Shown here one piece after another: positions 28,219 through 38,669 of a DNA stretch of 64,000 nucleotides (position 1 is the stretch's first letter; every line of letters starts with the position of its first letter). The stretch covers positions 3,168,001 to 3,232,000 of the forward strand of contig OZ242180.1 in NCBI GenBank assembly GCA_965205485.1. The letters run 5' to 3'. This stretch comes from Candidatus Latescibacterota bacterium (GTDB taxonomy: Bacteria; Latescibacterota; UBA2968; GCA-2709665). A program made the translations under genes and the position numbers. The notes beneath the pieces are model-generated. The model was not told where the DNA came from, searched no databases, and was given only the letters and a program-made list of their open reading frames with translations.

Positions 28219-28486
28219 CGATGTACATGGAATTGTAGCCGCGACGGCTGACGATCTTGCTGTCCGCAGGGGCCTGTGGAAAGGCTTCGTGCTGCGGAGA
28301 TTTTCGAGACGTAACAGGTAATTCGAAACGCTGCGGCTTGACTGATATCCGGCGGGTCTCAGTGCGCTGAGTAAGGTTTCTTCAACTCGAATTCTCTAAG
28401 CGCCTTGTGGTTTTGTGTTTGACAGAGTCGGTTTCGTTTTGTACGGTTTTATCAATGCAGGCGGCATACTCCGTTTCAGAAGGCCA

Positions 28487-29293
28487 ATGATGGGACCGGA
28501 TGCACGGAAAATCCGATTCGAAGAAGATGGCTATCTCGTGGCGAAGGCATTGCTTTCCGCGGAAGAGGTGGCCGCGTGCGAGCGGGAGATCGAGCGGTTG
28601 CATCGTCTGGCGGTCGAGCTCGATGCGCGCGGCGATCCCGCGGCAGATCGCTTTCAACTCGAGCCTTTTGCAGGAAATGCGAAGCGGAAGGGTCTGCCGT
28701 TATTGCGAAAAATCGAACAGACGGGAGAATTATCCGGGGTCTTCAGGGATCTGGCGGCGCATCCACGGCTCATTCGCCTCGTCGGGTCGCTTCTCGGGCC
28801 GGATTTGCTTTTGTTTCGCAGCACCCTGATGCTCAAACCGGCTTTCCACGGGTCGTCGCACGGGTTGCACCAGGATTCGGCGTACTGGCCGATGCAGCCC
28901 CCGGCACTGGTAACCGTAAGTATTGCATTGACCGATGCCAGCCCGGAAAACGGGTGCATCCAGGTCCTGCCTCGAAGCCACAGGTGGGGGCTGCAGTCCT
29001 GGGGACACATCGCCCGCAGGCAGGATGAGTCCCTCACGGATCGGAGTGACGTGGATCTTTCCGCCAGTATCGACGTCTCGCTGAAGGCGGGTGACGCCGT
29101 CTTATTTCACTCACTGACGGTTCACGGGTCCGGTCCGAATACGTCTCCCCACCCACGTCACACCGCGTTGTATGCCTATTTCCCGCCGACGGTCCGTTAT
29201 GTGCCGGGCGACAGAGGTCCTTCAGAGATGACGTTTCCCGTGGCCGCCGGTCTGGGCGGGAAGGACGCCGTGACGTTGATTGCGGACTCGTAA
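28487..29293 (+). CDS. Phytanoyl-CoA dioxygenase (PhyH) family Fe(II)/2OG dioxygenase
   Basis: FEEDGYL, LKPAFHGS..LHQDSAYW (HxD), ENGCIQVLPRSH, FHSLTVHGSGPNTS..R. Confidence 0.9.
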   Translation: MMGPDARKIRFEEDGYLVAKALLSAEEVAACEREIERLHRLAVELDARGDPAADRFQLEPFAGNAKRKGLPLLRKIEQTGELSGVFRDLAAHPRLIRLVGSLLGPDLLLFRSTLMLKPAFHGSSHGLHQDSAYWPMQPPALVTVSIALTDASPENGCIQVLPRSHRWGLQSWGHIARRQDESLTDRSDVDLSASIDVSLKAGDAVLFHSLTVHGSGPNTSPHPRHTALYAYFPPTVRYVPGDRGPSEMTFPVAAGLGGKDAVTLIADS

Positions 29294-29374
29294 CTGCATC
29301 ACGGAGACTTGCGGTAACCGGATGCAATAGCGGAATCGTCGCATTCCTTCGCGTCCTTCAACGATGGAGCGATT

Positions 29375-30166
29375 ATGGAAAGAGAAATGCACATCAGGCC
29401 CAGGTATTACCGGTGGCACGTGGACCCCGGCGTATCGTGGGAGGAGAAGAACACGGATTACGCATACCTCGACTGGCGCGTACCGCTCTCACAGTCCGCG
29501 CTCGTGCTGGTGGACGTGTGGGAAGAGCATTACCTGAAGGAACCGGCACAGCGTGCGGACGCGATCGTGGAGGCGCGAATCGTGCCTCTGCTCGCGGCCT
29601 GCCGAAAAGCCGGACTGCGGCTGATCCATGCGCCCGCTCCGGGTCTGGCCGAACACCATCCGGCATGGGTGAAGCTGATAGACGATCCGTCGAAGCCGGC
29701 CGGTTCGGGGGAATCGTGGCCGCCCCGGGAGTTCAAAGCCAAGTCCGGAGCGTACGCAGCCTATGCCAGACCCGAAGAGCCGAGAGAGCCGGAAATCGTC
29801 GAGATGCGTTCCAGGCGCCGGATGCATCCGCTGGTTCACGTGGAAGACGGAGAGGTTGTCATCTACAACGGGGAAGAGCTGCATCGGTATTGCGAACGAG
29901 AGGGGATCCTGTTTCTGTTCTTTCTGGGTTTCAATACCAACGCGTGCATCCTCCTGCGGGACTACGGAACGATTGAAATGAGCAAGCGCGGCTACGAGGT
30001 CATCATCCTGCGGGATTGCGGTACGGGCATGGAGTCGTTCGAATCACAGGACGGGTTGTGGCAGACCCGCGGGGCGATCCTGTTCCTGGAGATGTTCGGC
30101 AAGTACTCGGTCACCTCGGCGGAGATGATCCAGGCACTCCAGTCTATGGCGCCGCAGAGTTCGTGA
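29375..30166 (+). CDS. Isochorismatase-family cysteine hydrolase
   Basis: ALVLVDVW, GFNTNACIL, GYEVIILRDC. Confidence 0.75.
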   Translation: MEREMHIRPRYYRWHVDPGVSWEEKNTDYAYLDWRVPLSQSALVLVDVWEEHYLKEPAQRADAIVEARIVPLLAACRKAGLRLIHAPAPGLAEHHPAWVKLIDDPSKPAGSGESWPPREFKAKSGAYAAYARPEEPREPEIVEMRSRRRMHPLVHVEDGEVVIYNGEELHRYCEREGILFLFFLGFNTNACILLRDYGTIEMSKRGYEVIILRDCGTGMESFESQDGLWQTRGAILFLEMFGKYSVTSAEMIQALQSMAPQSS

Positions 30167-30184
30167 AGCGCCAATAGATAGCTC

Positions 30185-30239
30185 GCGAAACGGGATGAAT
30201 CGGCGGTCGAATGGCGAGGAATTTTTGGGACAGGACACT
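30185..30239. mobile_element. Right-end fragment of MITE family B
   Basis: GCGAAACGGGATGAATCGGCGGTCGAATGGCGAGGAATTTTTGGGACAGGACACT matches the right end of 52709-52861. Confidence 0.7.
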
Positions 30240-30250
30240 CGGAGAGAAAA

Positions 30251-31095
30251 ATGGAGATTTCGGTCTTTGCGGATGAAATCGATCGGTACGATCCGGCGCG
30301 TGCGATATCCCTCGCGGCAAAGTGGGGAGTTTCCCACGTGGAGTTGCGTCAGCTTGCGGGTGGCCGGTTCCCGGCCGTAGATGACGATGAGTTGACCGAC
30401 TTCCACGCGCGCGTCCGGGACGCTGGATTGGGAATCTCGGGGGTATCGCCGGGGTTTTTCAAGGGACCGCTGGATGATCCCCGAATCGACGGACACCTTC
30501 GCGAATCGCTTCCCAGGGCGTGCGAATGGGCGCTGCGACTGGGCACCGATCGGATGTCCTGTTTCGCATTTGAGCGGACGGCGGCGGCGCGTCCTCCCGC
30601 GGCGGTTGTGGACCGGCTGGGACAGATGGCGGACGTCGCGGCGAGGGAGGGTTGTCGTCTGGCCTGGAAAACGAAGCGGTCTGCTGGGGGGCGACAGGCG
30701 CTGAGGCGGCCTGGCTGATTCGACAGGTGGGCGAAGACGGAATCTCGCTCTGCTGGGACCCCGGAAATTCCGCCAGGGCGGGTACTGCATCGCCGTACCC
30801 GGAGGAATATGAGGATCTGAGAGATCTGGTATCCCACGTACACGTGAAGAATTTCGATCCGGAGACGGGCGCCTGGTCGCTGGCGGAGGAGGGGATCGTG
30901 GACTGGCCGGGACAGCTGCACGCCCTTTCCGCCATAGGGTACAGCGGCTTTGTTGTGGTCGAAACGCATCTGGACATCAGCCCGGACGCGTTCGAAGTGG
31001 CCGACCATGGGTTCGAGGGGCTGGCAGCGAACAGTCTCAGGAATCTGGAGTATGTGAGGTCGTGCCTGGGTGCGTCGAGTGGGGAGAACAAATGA
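30251..31095 (+). pseudogene. Sugar-phosphate isomerase/epimerase (AP_endonuc_2 TIM barrel), frameshifted near 30661
   Basis: N-terminal half (ISVFADEI..VELR) is in frame 30251. C-terminal half (LENE..WDPGN..HVHVKN..VVETH) is in frame 30652. One base is missing at CTG|GCCTGGAAAAC. Confidence 0.75.
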
Positions 31096-31111
31096 CACGA
31101 TGGAGGGTGGA

Positions 31112-32095
31112 ATGGCTGAAGCGATTCGTCTGGGTCTGATCGGTTGCGGCGGCAATATGCGCGGCGCGCACGTGCCGCGGATTCAGGCAGAGGAGGACGT
31201 GAAGCTGGTATGCGTGGCGGATCCGGTATTGGAACAGGCCCGTCTGTTGATGGATCGATACGGCGGAGAAGTCGACCATTACGAGGACTATCGCCGCATG
31301 GTTCAGAAGGAGGCGCTCGACGCGATCTTCATCAGTTCGCCGCATTCGATGCACTTCGAGCAGGCGCGGTGTGGGCTGGAAGCCGGATTGCACGTACTGG
31401 TGGAAAAGCCGCTGACGGTTTCTTCAAGGCATACAAGGGACTTGATCGACCTGGCGGCGGCGAAAGAGCGGTTTCTGCAGGTGAGCTATCAACGGAACTA
31501 CTTCGCGCCCCATGTGTATGCCCGTGAACTGGTTCGGAAGGGGCATATCGGCGAGTTGCGCGGGGTGGTGTCCTACGTGACTCAGAATTGGGGGGGCGTG
31601 AAGGGCTGGCGGCTGGATCCGGAGCTTTCGGGCGGCGGGATGTTTATGGATACGGGCAGCCACCTGGTCGCGTCCACCCTGTGGATTACCGGTCTGGCGC
31701 CGGTGGAAGTCTCGGCGCTTATGGACTACGGCGACAAGGAGGTGGACGTCAACGCGGTGTTGAACGTACGCTTCGAGGGCGGCGCGGTTGGCACGATCAG
31801 CACCTTCGGCAACGCCAGGGATCACGACGAGCGCATTGCCATCCATGGGTCGGAAGGATGTATCGTCTTCCATCTCTTCAAGTGGGACGTGAAGGCGGTC
31901 CTGGTGAACGACGAACCGATGACGATTCCCGATCGCATACGCGAGACCACCCCCGATGCGGCGTTTTTCGACTGGATCCGGAGCGGCGGAGAGGGGTACG
32001 AGGCCCCCGACTTCGCCCTGCAGGTTGCAAGGCTGTCCGAGGCGGCCTACAGGTCCCTGGAGCGCAGGACTCCGGTAACCGTTGAGACACACTGA
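31112..32095 (+). CDS. Gfo/Idh/MocA-family NAD(P)-dependent oxidoreductase
   Basis: IGCGG Rossmann motif, HVLVEKPL, WRLDPELSGGGMFMDTGSH. Confidence 0.92.
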   Translation: MAEAIRLGLIGCGGNMRGAHVPRIQAEEDVKLVCVADPVLEQARLLMDRYGGEVDHYEDYRRMVQKEALDAIFISSPHSMHFEQARCGLEAGLHVLVEKPLTVSSRHTRDLIDLAAAKERFLQVSYQRNYFAPHVYARELVRKGHIGELRGVVSYVTQNWGGVKGWRLDPELSGGGMFMDTGSHLVASTLWITGLAPVEVSALMDYGDKEVDVNAVLNVRFEGGAVGTISTFGNARDHDERIAIHGSEGCIVFHLFKWDVKAVLVNDEPMTIPDRIRETTPDAAFFDWIRSGGEGYEAPDFALQVARLSEAAYRSLERRTPVTVETH

Positions 32096-32110
32096 CCGCT
32101 GGAGGCGTCG

Positions 32111-32842
32111 ATGTCGAATAAGATCCGCTTGAAGGGCAGGTATTACCGGCAGCACCCGCCCGGACGGCATCTCGGCCACGCGGAAGAGGCGCTTGAGTTG
32201 GGTCTGGACAATACGGCGTTTTTCCTGGTGGATGTCTACGGAAAGGGCTATGACCCCGACCACGATCCGGGGAACGTCCCGGAGTTGTATCGTGCGGCCG
32301 TGTTGAAGAACCGCGAGATTGTGGTGGACCATATCCGTCCTGCCAAAGATGCGGCAAAGCGCCTCGGGCTCCCGGTGGTCTACGTGACGAATTACCTGGC
32401 GCCTTCCACGAACGAACAGACGGAATGGCGCAATATGTCCATCCGAACCTGCGGTGTGGATGTTCTGGATGCGTGGCCGGAACCGAACGATATCCTCGCG
32501 TTTTCGGATGTGATCGCACCGGACGCCGGCGATTACGTGGTAAAGAAACAGATGTACAGCGGGTTCTTCGAGACGCACCTGGATTCCCTTCTGCGAAGTC
32601 TGGGCATCTATAACCTGGTGACGGTCGGGTTCGACACGCGGATTTGTCTTGGCACGACGGTTACCGAGGCCATGTACCGGAATTACCGGGTGATCGTGCT
32701 TCGGGATTGTTGCAGTACTGTAGACTATCCGGAAACCCAGGCAGATGGGTTGGCGGATTTCTTCGGGATCCGGTTCATCGAAGCGAACGTCGGCTATACA
32801 TCCACGTCGGACGCATTTGTCCATGCCTGCGGTGAGGTCTGA
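32111..32842 (+). CDS. Isochorismatase-family cysteine hydrolase
   Basis: Asp-Lys-Cys triad: FFLVDVY, VVKKQMYSGFFET, GFDTRICL. NYRVIVLRDC. Confidence 0.85.
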   Translation: MSNKIRLKGRYYRQHPPGRHLGHAEEALELGLDNTAFFLVDVYGKGYDPDHDPGNVPELYRAAVLKNREIVVDHIRPAKDAAKRLGLPVVYVTNYLAPSTNEQTEWRNMSIRTCGVDVLDAWPEPNDILAFSDVIAPDAGDYVVKKQMYSGFFETHLDSLLRSLGIYNLVTVGFDTRICLGTTVTEAMYRNYRVIVLRDCCSTVDYPETQADGLADFFGIRFIEANVGYTSTSDAFVHACGEV

Positions 32843-32843
32843 A

Positions 32844-34025
32844 ATGAGCGCGCGAGAGGCGGTTCTGAATGCCATAGACGGGGAGTGGATGGCCGGGCAG
32901 GCGCTCAGGCTGGTCGAGATACCCAGCGTCACGTGCGAGGAAGCCGAAGTCTGTGCCTGTTTCGAGGCGCAGTTGGCCGACCTGGGGTTCGACGTGGACG
33001 CGCACGAAGTGACGCCGGGACGGCGGAATCTGTACGCGGGGATCGGTGGCACGAACGAAGGTCCGGCTCTGCTGCTGAACGGACACCTGGATACGATTCC
33101 CGTTGGCGACTGCACCCCGGTGCGGCGGGAAGGCGACCGCATCTTTGGGCGGGGTTCGACGGATATGAAGGGTGGCGTGGCAGCCATGCTTGGTGCGGCA
33201 AAGGCCCTGCAGGACGCGGGAGTGCGCCTCAAGGGGGATCTTCTGGTCAGCGGTGTGGTTGGCCACGAGGAGCCTGAGGCGGAGAAAGACGGCCCCCTGG
33301 CGCTCGTGGCGGACGTGAACAGCGGACGGCTCAAGTGCGACCGTATTCTCATCGTAGAGGGCGGAGACGAACTCTGGGTGATGAGTATGGGGTCGATGGT
33401 GTTTACGATCACGCTGACGTCCGATCGTGGCGGCACGCATACGAATTACGTGCCGTTCCCGGAAAACCCCATCCGCCACGTTGGCGACCTGATCCGCAGA
33501 ATAACCGAACGCCAGCGAGAACTGGATGCCGGAGACGTCCATCCGCTGGCCGGGCCGGAACGGATCGACCTGGGCATCGTACAGGCCGGCGATTACTTCA
33601 ACCGGACACCGGGCCGGTGCGTGCTTACCGGTACGCGGCGCTGGCTGCCCGGAAAGACGATGTCGTCGATTCTGATTGAGCTGGAATCGATGGCCGAGCC
33701 GATTGCCAGGGCGGGAGAAATGAAGCTCGCCGTCGACATGTCGCTACAGCGGGAACCGTTCGAAACGCCGCGGGACGATCCGGCGGTCCAGGCGGCGGCC
33801 GCGGCCCACCGGGAGGTGGTCGGCGCCGAAGTCGAATTCGTTGGGAGGCGACTGGTGGGCGATGCCAACATCTATATGAACGAGACGGGGGTGCCAACCT
33901 TCTACTACGGTCCGTCGAATGAGACGGCCCATTCCGACGGCGAGTGGGTGTCGGTGGCGCGCATCGAGGCGGCCGCAAGGGTCTACGCGCTTATGGCGAT
34001 GAATTACTGCGGCGTATCGGACTAA
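32844..34025 (+). CDS. M20 family metallo-amidohydrolase (ArgE/DapE-like)
   Basis: LLLNGHLDTIP, GRGSTDMKGG, VVGHEE, AHSDGEWV. Confidence 0.88.
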   Translation: MSAREAVLNAIDGEWMAGQALRLVEIPSVTCEEAEVCACFEAQLADLGFDVDAHEVTPGRRNLYAGIGGTNEGPALLLNGHLDTIPVGDCTPVRREGDRIFGRGSTDMKGGVAAMLGAAKALQDAGVRLKGDLLVSGVVGHEEPEAEKDGPLALVADVNSGRLKCDRILIVEGGDELWVMSMGSMVFTITLTSDRGGTHTNYVPFPENPIRHVGDLIRRITERQRELDAGDVHPLAGPERIDLGIVQAGDYFNRTPGRCVLTGTRRWLPGKTMSSILIELESMAEPIARAGEMKLAVDMSLQREPFETPRDDPAVQAAAAAHREVVGAEVEFVGRRLVGDANIYMNETGVPTFYYGPSNETAHSDGEWVSVARIEAAARVYALMAMNYCGVSD

Positions 34026-34060
34026 CGGAATACCGGGCCCTGGAAACCGGAGGTGTTTCT

Positions 34061-35095
34061 GTGATTTCGATCGAACGAAGGTCGGGCGGGGGGATTCTCA
34101 CGGCACGTACGGCGCGCTGGGCGAGTGAAGAGAGTCAGGAGGGCCTGGCGGAGACATTCGGCGCGGAACACAATCCCACGGGAAACCCGATTGGCGGAGG
34201 CGAGGGTTACACGGACGGGTTCGAGCGCGGCGACCGATCGGTCCGCAGTTACGATGAACTGACGCGAGCGCTTAAGGAGGCCGTGGCGGGCGACGTGGTT
34301 TTCGTACCGGCTGACGTCGAGATCGATATGGGCGGCCGGCCGGGTCTGGATATTCCGGAAGCGGTGACGCTGGCCGGCGACCGCGGCGCAGGCGGCTCAG
34401 CGGGAGGTCTGGTTTATTCGAACGCGCCGGATACGCCGTTTCTCTTCCGGTCGGAGGGGGATTGCGTCCGCGTAACGGGGCTGCGTCTTCGGGGCCCCTA
34501 CCCCCACCGCGACCGGGCGGCGCATACATCCAACGGAATCCTTACCTCCCATTTCTCGCTGGAGATCGACAACTGCGAAATCAGCGGATTCAGCGTGGCG
34601 GCGACCCGGTTCGACGACGGTGCGGTCCGGGGTTACGTGCACCACAACTCTATCCACCACAACCAGAAAGGCGGCCTTGGCTACGGCGTCAGCATCAACG
34701 GCGCCACCGTGCTGGTTGAGGCGAATCTGTTCGACTGGTGCAGGCACCACATCGCATCCAGCGGAACGCCCGGTTCCGGGTACGAAGCGCGGTACAATAT
34801 CTGCCTGAATCACGCCAACGGCCACCTCTTCGACATGCACGGCGGGCAGGACCGGGGAGACGCAACCGAGATCTCCGGCGACTGGATGGATGTTCATCAC
34901 AATACGTTTATTGCGCAGGACGTGCGCAGCGTGGTGATCCGGGGTGCGCCCTGCCAGGATGCCCGCATTCACCATAACCGCTGCCTCAGCCCCCTGCCCG
35001 AAAACGTCGTGCGGGCCGGGGGAAATACACGGGCATACCGGAACCTCCTGGGGCCCGAGGGTCAGCTGGTTGCGAATCAGAGGGTAGGCCCATGA
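34061..35095 (+). CDS. Right-handed parallel beta-helix protein
   Basis: GGAGGT RBS. Repeats VTGLRLRG, IDNCEISGF, VHHNSIHHN, VEANLFD, VHHNTF. Confidence 0.7.
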   Translation: MISIERRSGGGILTARTARWASEESQEGLAETFGAEHNPTGNPIGGGEGYTDGFERGDRSVRSYDELTRALKEAVAGDVVFVPADVEIDMGGRPGLDIPEAVTLAGDRGAGGSAGGLVYSNAPDTPFLFRSEGDCVRVTGLRLRGPYPHRDRAAHTSNGILTSHFSLEIDNCEISGFSVAATRFDDGAVRGYVHHNSIHHNQKGGLGYGVSINGATVLVEANLFDWCRHHIASSGTPGSGYEARYNICLNHANGHLFDMHGGQDRGDATEISGDWMDVHHNTFIAQDVRSVVIRGAPCQDARIHHNRCLSPLPENVVRAGGNTRAYRNLLGPEGQLVANQRVGP

Positions 35096-36894
35096 ACGGT
35101 TCTAAGGACCATCTCGGCGATCCCCTGCCGGACCGCGCGGTTCAGCGCCTGGGAACCCGCCGGATGCGGGGCTCGGTAACCGAGATGTTCTATTCCTTCG
35201 ACGGCGAACGGGCGTTCGTGCTATCGGGGGCATGCCTTTGCATCTGGGATCTGATACATGGCGACTGCATCGCGCGGCAACAGGTTTCGGAGCACCGACT
35301 CACGGCTGCGGCATGGAACCGCGACGTGTCGAGGGCGTTGTTGGCCGACGAAGCGGGCGTAGTCAGTGAATGGAAGCTGACCGAAGAAACACGGGAGTTG
35401 GGCCGCTTTGACACGGGACGCACGTCGCTCGTCTCACTGCGGTATTCGCCGGACGAGGACAGGGTACTGACGCTTGACCGCGAGACGAGCACCGTGGAGG
35501 AGTGGGACCGGGAGACGGGCGGGCGGCGCATCGCGATTTCGGATGCCGGCGAGTGCTTCGATCACTGTCTGTATGCCCCGGACGGCCGGACGGCGCTGGT
35601 CGCCCATCAGCCAGGTCACAATGTGTACCACTACGACCTGACGACGGGTGCGCGGCTGAAGCTCTTCGTGGAGGACTACGTCTGCTACGACATGTGCCTG
35701 TCCGCAGACGGTGAGCGGCTGCTGGTGGGCACGCGTCACAAATCGAACGAATGGCGCCTGCGCGACTACGAGTGCCTGGAGACCTTTACCGGGCACCTGG
35801 GGCACGCGGTGCCTTCCGTGGCATACGCTCGGGACGAGCGGCAGGTCCTGACCGGATCCAGGGACGGATCGATCCGGCTGTGGGACCGTCATACCGCCAC
35901 GGTCATGCGGCGGTGGTACCCGCATCAGAGCCATGTCAACCGGATCCGGGTTTCGCCGGATGGAAACTGGGCGCTATCCCACGGCAGCGACGGGCTGCTG
36001 GCGGAGACCGGCCTTGCGACAGGGCGGCCTCGTCTGAGGTGGGAAAGGCACATGGCGGGTGTGCGGGCGCTTGTCGTTTCTCCCGACGGCGCCCATGCGA
36101 TTTCAGGATCGACGGACAAGACCATCCGGTGGTGGGAAACGAAGGGTTGGACGGCAACGCGAACGGTGGAATGTCCGGGCGGCGAGGTCCACGCACTGGC
36201 GGTTTCTCCCGACGGTACGCTGGTTGCGGCGGGATGCAAGGACGGCAGCGTACGGGTATTCGATTGCGCGAGCGGAGAATGCATTCACGGGTTTGAGGGG
36301 CACCGCGGATATGTTCGGGCTGTGGCCTTTGCGGACGCCGGCGTGGTTGTGAGCGCCGCCGACGACGGGTCGGTCCGGGTGTTGGATACCGTTACAGGAC
36401 GGGCCTTACGCACGTTTGAAGGGCATCTGGGCGGCGTACTGGCGCTGGCGGTCTCGGCGGATGGCGGGCAGCTCGTGAGCGGTGGTCGGGACGGCACCGT
36501 GAGGCTCTGGGACATGGCGACCGGAGCGTCGCAGGCGGTGGCGACCGCACACCGGGGCGGGGTCCAGTCCGTTGGCTCTGGGAGGGATGGCCGCGTGATC
36601 TCCGCGGGCCGTGACGGGTGGGTGGTCGAGTGGGACCTGCGGGACGGGCGGGAGGTGCGTTCGTACGCGCATGGGGAAGGCGTGGAGGACGTCCTGTATC
36701 TGACTGGAGCGGGGTCGATTTGTCTGGCAGGGCAGGATGGCAGGGTGGTTGTCCTGGAACCGGGATCCGCCGCTCCCGCGGCCGAGTTCACGGGGCACGA
36801 GGGTGCTGTGCACGCGCTGGCGGCCAGTCCGGACGGACGATGGCTGCTGTCAGGTTCCGCCGACACGACCGTGCTGGTCTGGAAACTGACCTGA
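35092..36894 (+). CDS. WD40-repeat beta-propeller protein
   Basis: Many GH...SGxxDxTV(R/L)(L/V)W(D/K) repeats, probably forming two propellers. ATGA overlap with the upstream gene. Confidence 0.9.
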   Translation: MNGSKDHLGDPLPDRAVQRLGTRRMRGSVTEMFYSFDGERAFVLSGACLCIWDLIHGDCIARQQVSEHRLTAAAWNRDVSRALLADEAGVVSEWKLTEETRELGRFDTGRTSLVSLRYSPDEDRVLTLDRETSTVEEWDRETGGRRIAISDAGECFDHCLYAPDGRTALVAHQPGHNVYHYDLTTGARLKLFVEDYVCYDMCLSADGERLLVGTRHKSNEWRLRDYECLETFTGHLGHAVPSVAYARDERQVLTGSRDGSIRLWDRHTATVMRRWYPHQSHVNRIRVSPDGNWALSHGSDGLLAETGLATGRPRLRWERHMAGVRALVVSPDGAHAISGSTDKTIRWWETKGWTATRTVECPGGEVHALAVSPDGTLVAAGCKDGSVRVFDCASGECIHGFEGHRGYVRAVAFADAGVVVSAADDGSVRVLDTVTGRALRTFEGHLGGVLALAVSADGGQLVSGGRDGTVRLWDMATGASQAVATAHRGGVQSVGSGRDGRVISAGRDGWVVEWDLRDGREVRSYAHGEGVEDVLYLTGAGSICLAGQDGRVVVLEPGSAAPAAEFTGHEGAVHALAASPDGRWLLSGSADTTVLVWKLT

Positions 36895-36965
36895 TTGTCG
36901 CCCCGCGAAGTGCGTATCTGGATTTTACCGTTCAATCACGGGGACCGGGGAACGGGAAGACGCGA

Positions 36966-38669
36966 ATGCCTTACCCGACGGTGAAGGACAGGGATCTCCA
37001 GGCAGTGATGCGGGACGGCACGGTGCTCCGCGCCGACGTATACCGGCCCGACACGCCGGGACGGTTTCCGGTGTTGCTTTGCCGGACGCCCTACGACAAG
37101 GGAGGCGAGAAACAGCTTGAGATCGGTCCTGAGATGGCTGAACGCGGTTACGTGGTGGTCATGCAGGACGTGCGCGGCAGGTATGCTTCGGACGGAGCGT
37201 TTCAACCCGGGTTCTTCAGCGTGGATCACCGCGACGCTGAAGACGGCTACGATACGGTAGCGTGGGCGGCGGGACTGCCCTGGTCCGACGGCAGGGTGGG
37301 TACATTCGGAAATTCGTACGACGGGTGGACACAGTGGGAACTCGCGCACACGCGGCCGCCGAATCTGGTGGCGATGCTTGCGGGCGGGATTGCGGCGAAC
37401 CTGCTGGACAGAGAACTGAGCGGCGTGCTTCGCCTCGGCCGCGTGATGGATTGGACGATCAACAATCTGTCCGTGGACACGGCGCGACGGGCGGGCCATT
37501 CGTGGAAGGAAAAGGCCAAAGAGGACGCATCCCGGCTCTGGCAGGACCGTGATCGCAGCAAGTGGCTGTGGTATCTTCCGCTGATGGACATCCCCGAGGA
37601 CGCCATGCCGGGGATGGGCGGGCACTGGCGGCGGTGGCTAGCGAACCATGCGGCGGACCATTTCGGATTTCAGAGAAAACACCGGAACGTGGACGTCCCC
37701 GTGCTGGGTACGGCGGGCTGGTACGATCAACAGATCGGCATCTTCAAGCACTTTACGGGAATGCGCGAAAACGGCGGGAGCGAACGCGCCCGGCAGAATC
37801 AGTATATGATCGTCGGCCCGTGGACCCACACGCTTCTGGACCTGGGCCGGCGGGTGGGTGAGGTGGACTTCGGCCCGGAAGCCGTGCGGGACTTCTACGA
37901 TATCGCGGATGCGTGGTTTACCCGCTGGCTCAAAGCGGAGCGGAGCGAGGCCGCGGACTGGCCGCCGCTGCAGTTGTTCGTGATGGGGGCCAATACCTGG
38001 CGCGGCGAACGGGAATGGCCGCTGCAACGAACGGTGTATACGTCGTTCTACCTGCACAGTTCGGGCCACGCGGATCTGCCCTCTGGCGCGGGATGGCTTT
38101 CCATGGAGCCGCCGGGTGAGGAAACGCCGGACGCGTACGGCTACGATCCGAGAGACCCGGTAATGACCCTGTACACCCCGGGCGGCCAGCACGCGCCAAT
38201 GGACCAGCGGGTTCTGGACGGACGCCGCGACGTCATGGTGTATATGACGCCGCCGCTGAGCGCGCCGATCGAGGTGACGGGACCCGTCGAGGTGCGCCTC
38301 TTCGCGTCTTCATCGGCCCGGGACACGGACTTTGTAGCCAAGCTGATGGACGTGTGGCCGAACGGTTTCGTCCAGGAGTTGTGTCATGGGATCGTGCGCG
38401 CCCGGTATCGAGAGTCGTTTGAGAATCCGTCACTGATTGAACAGGGCCGCGTTTACGAATATACGATTCAGGTGAATCCAACCAGCAATCGCTTCAGGGC
38501 GGGGCACCGGATCCGGCTGGATATTTCCAGCAGCGATTTTCCGAATTTCGACCGGAACCACAATACCGGTGGCGACGATTACCGCGAGACGGCCCTGCAG
38601 ACCGCGCAACAGCGGATTTTCCACGATGGGAACCGGCCGTCGCGCGTAATCTTGCCGGTGATTCCCTGA
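36966..38669 (+). CDS. CocE/NonD family serine hydrolase (peptidase S15-like)
   Basis: MRDGTVLRADVYRP, RTPYDK, QDVRGRYASDG, GNSYDG nucleophile elbow, GWYD, GPWTH, SSSDFPNFDRN. Confidence 0.92.
   Translation: MPYPTVKDRDLQAVMRDGTVLRADVYRPDTPGRFPVLLCRTPYDKGGEKQLEIGPEMAERGYVVVMQDVRGRYASDGAFQPGFFSVDHRDAEDGYDTVAWAAGLPWSDGRVGTFGNSYDGWTQWELAHTRPPNLVAMLAGGIAANLLDRELSGVLRLGRVMDWTINNLSVDTARRAGHSWKEKAKEDASRLWQDRDRSKWLWYLPLMDIPEDAMPGMGGHWRRWLANHAADHFGFQRKHRNVDVPVLGTAGWYDQQIGIFKHFTGMRENGGSERARQNQYMIVGPWTHTLLDLGRRVGEVDFGPEAVRDFYDIADAWFTRWLKAERSEAADWPPLQLFVMGANTWRGEREWPLQRTVYTSFYLHSSGHADLPSGAGWLSMEPPGEETPDAYGYDPRDPVMTLYTPGGQHAPMDQRVLDGRRDVMVYMTPPLSAPIEVTGPVEVRLFASSSARDTDFVAKLMDVWPNGFVQELCHGIVRARYRESFENPSLIEQGRVYEYTIQVNPTSNRFRAGHRIRLDISSSDFPNFDRNHNTGGDDYRETALQTAQQRIFHDGNRPSRVILPVIP

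Noticed and set aside
30655..30675. Programmed -1 ribosomal frameshift in the isomerase gene
   Set aside because: No canonical slippery heptamer. An indel is the simpler explanation.
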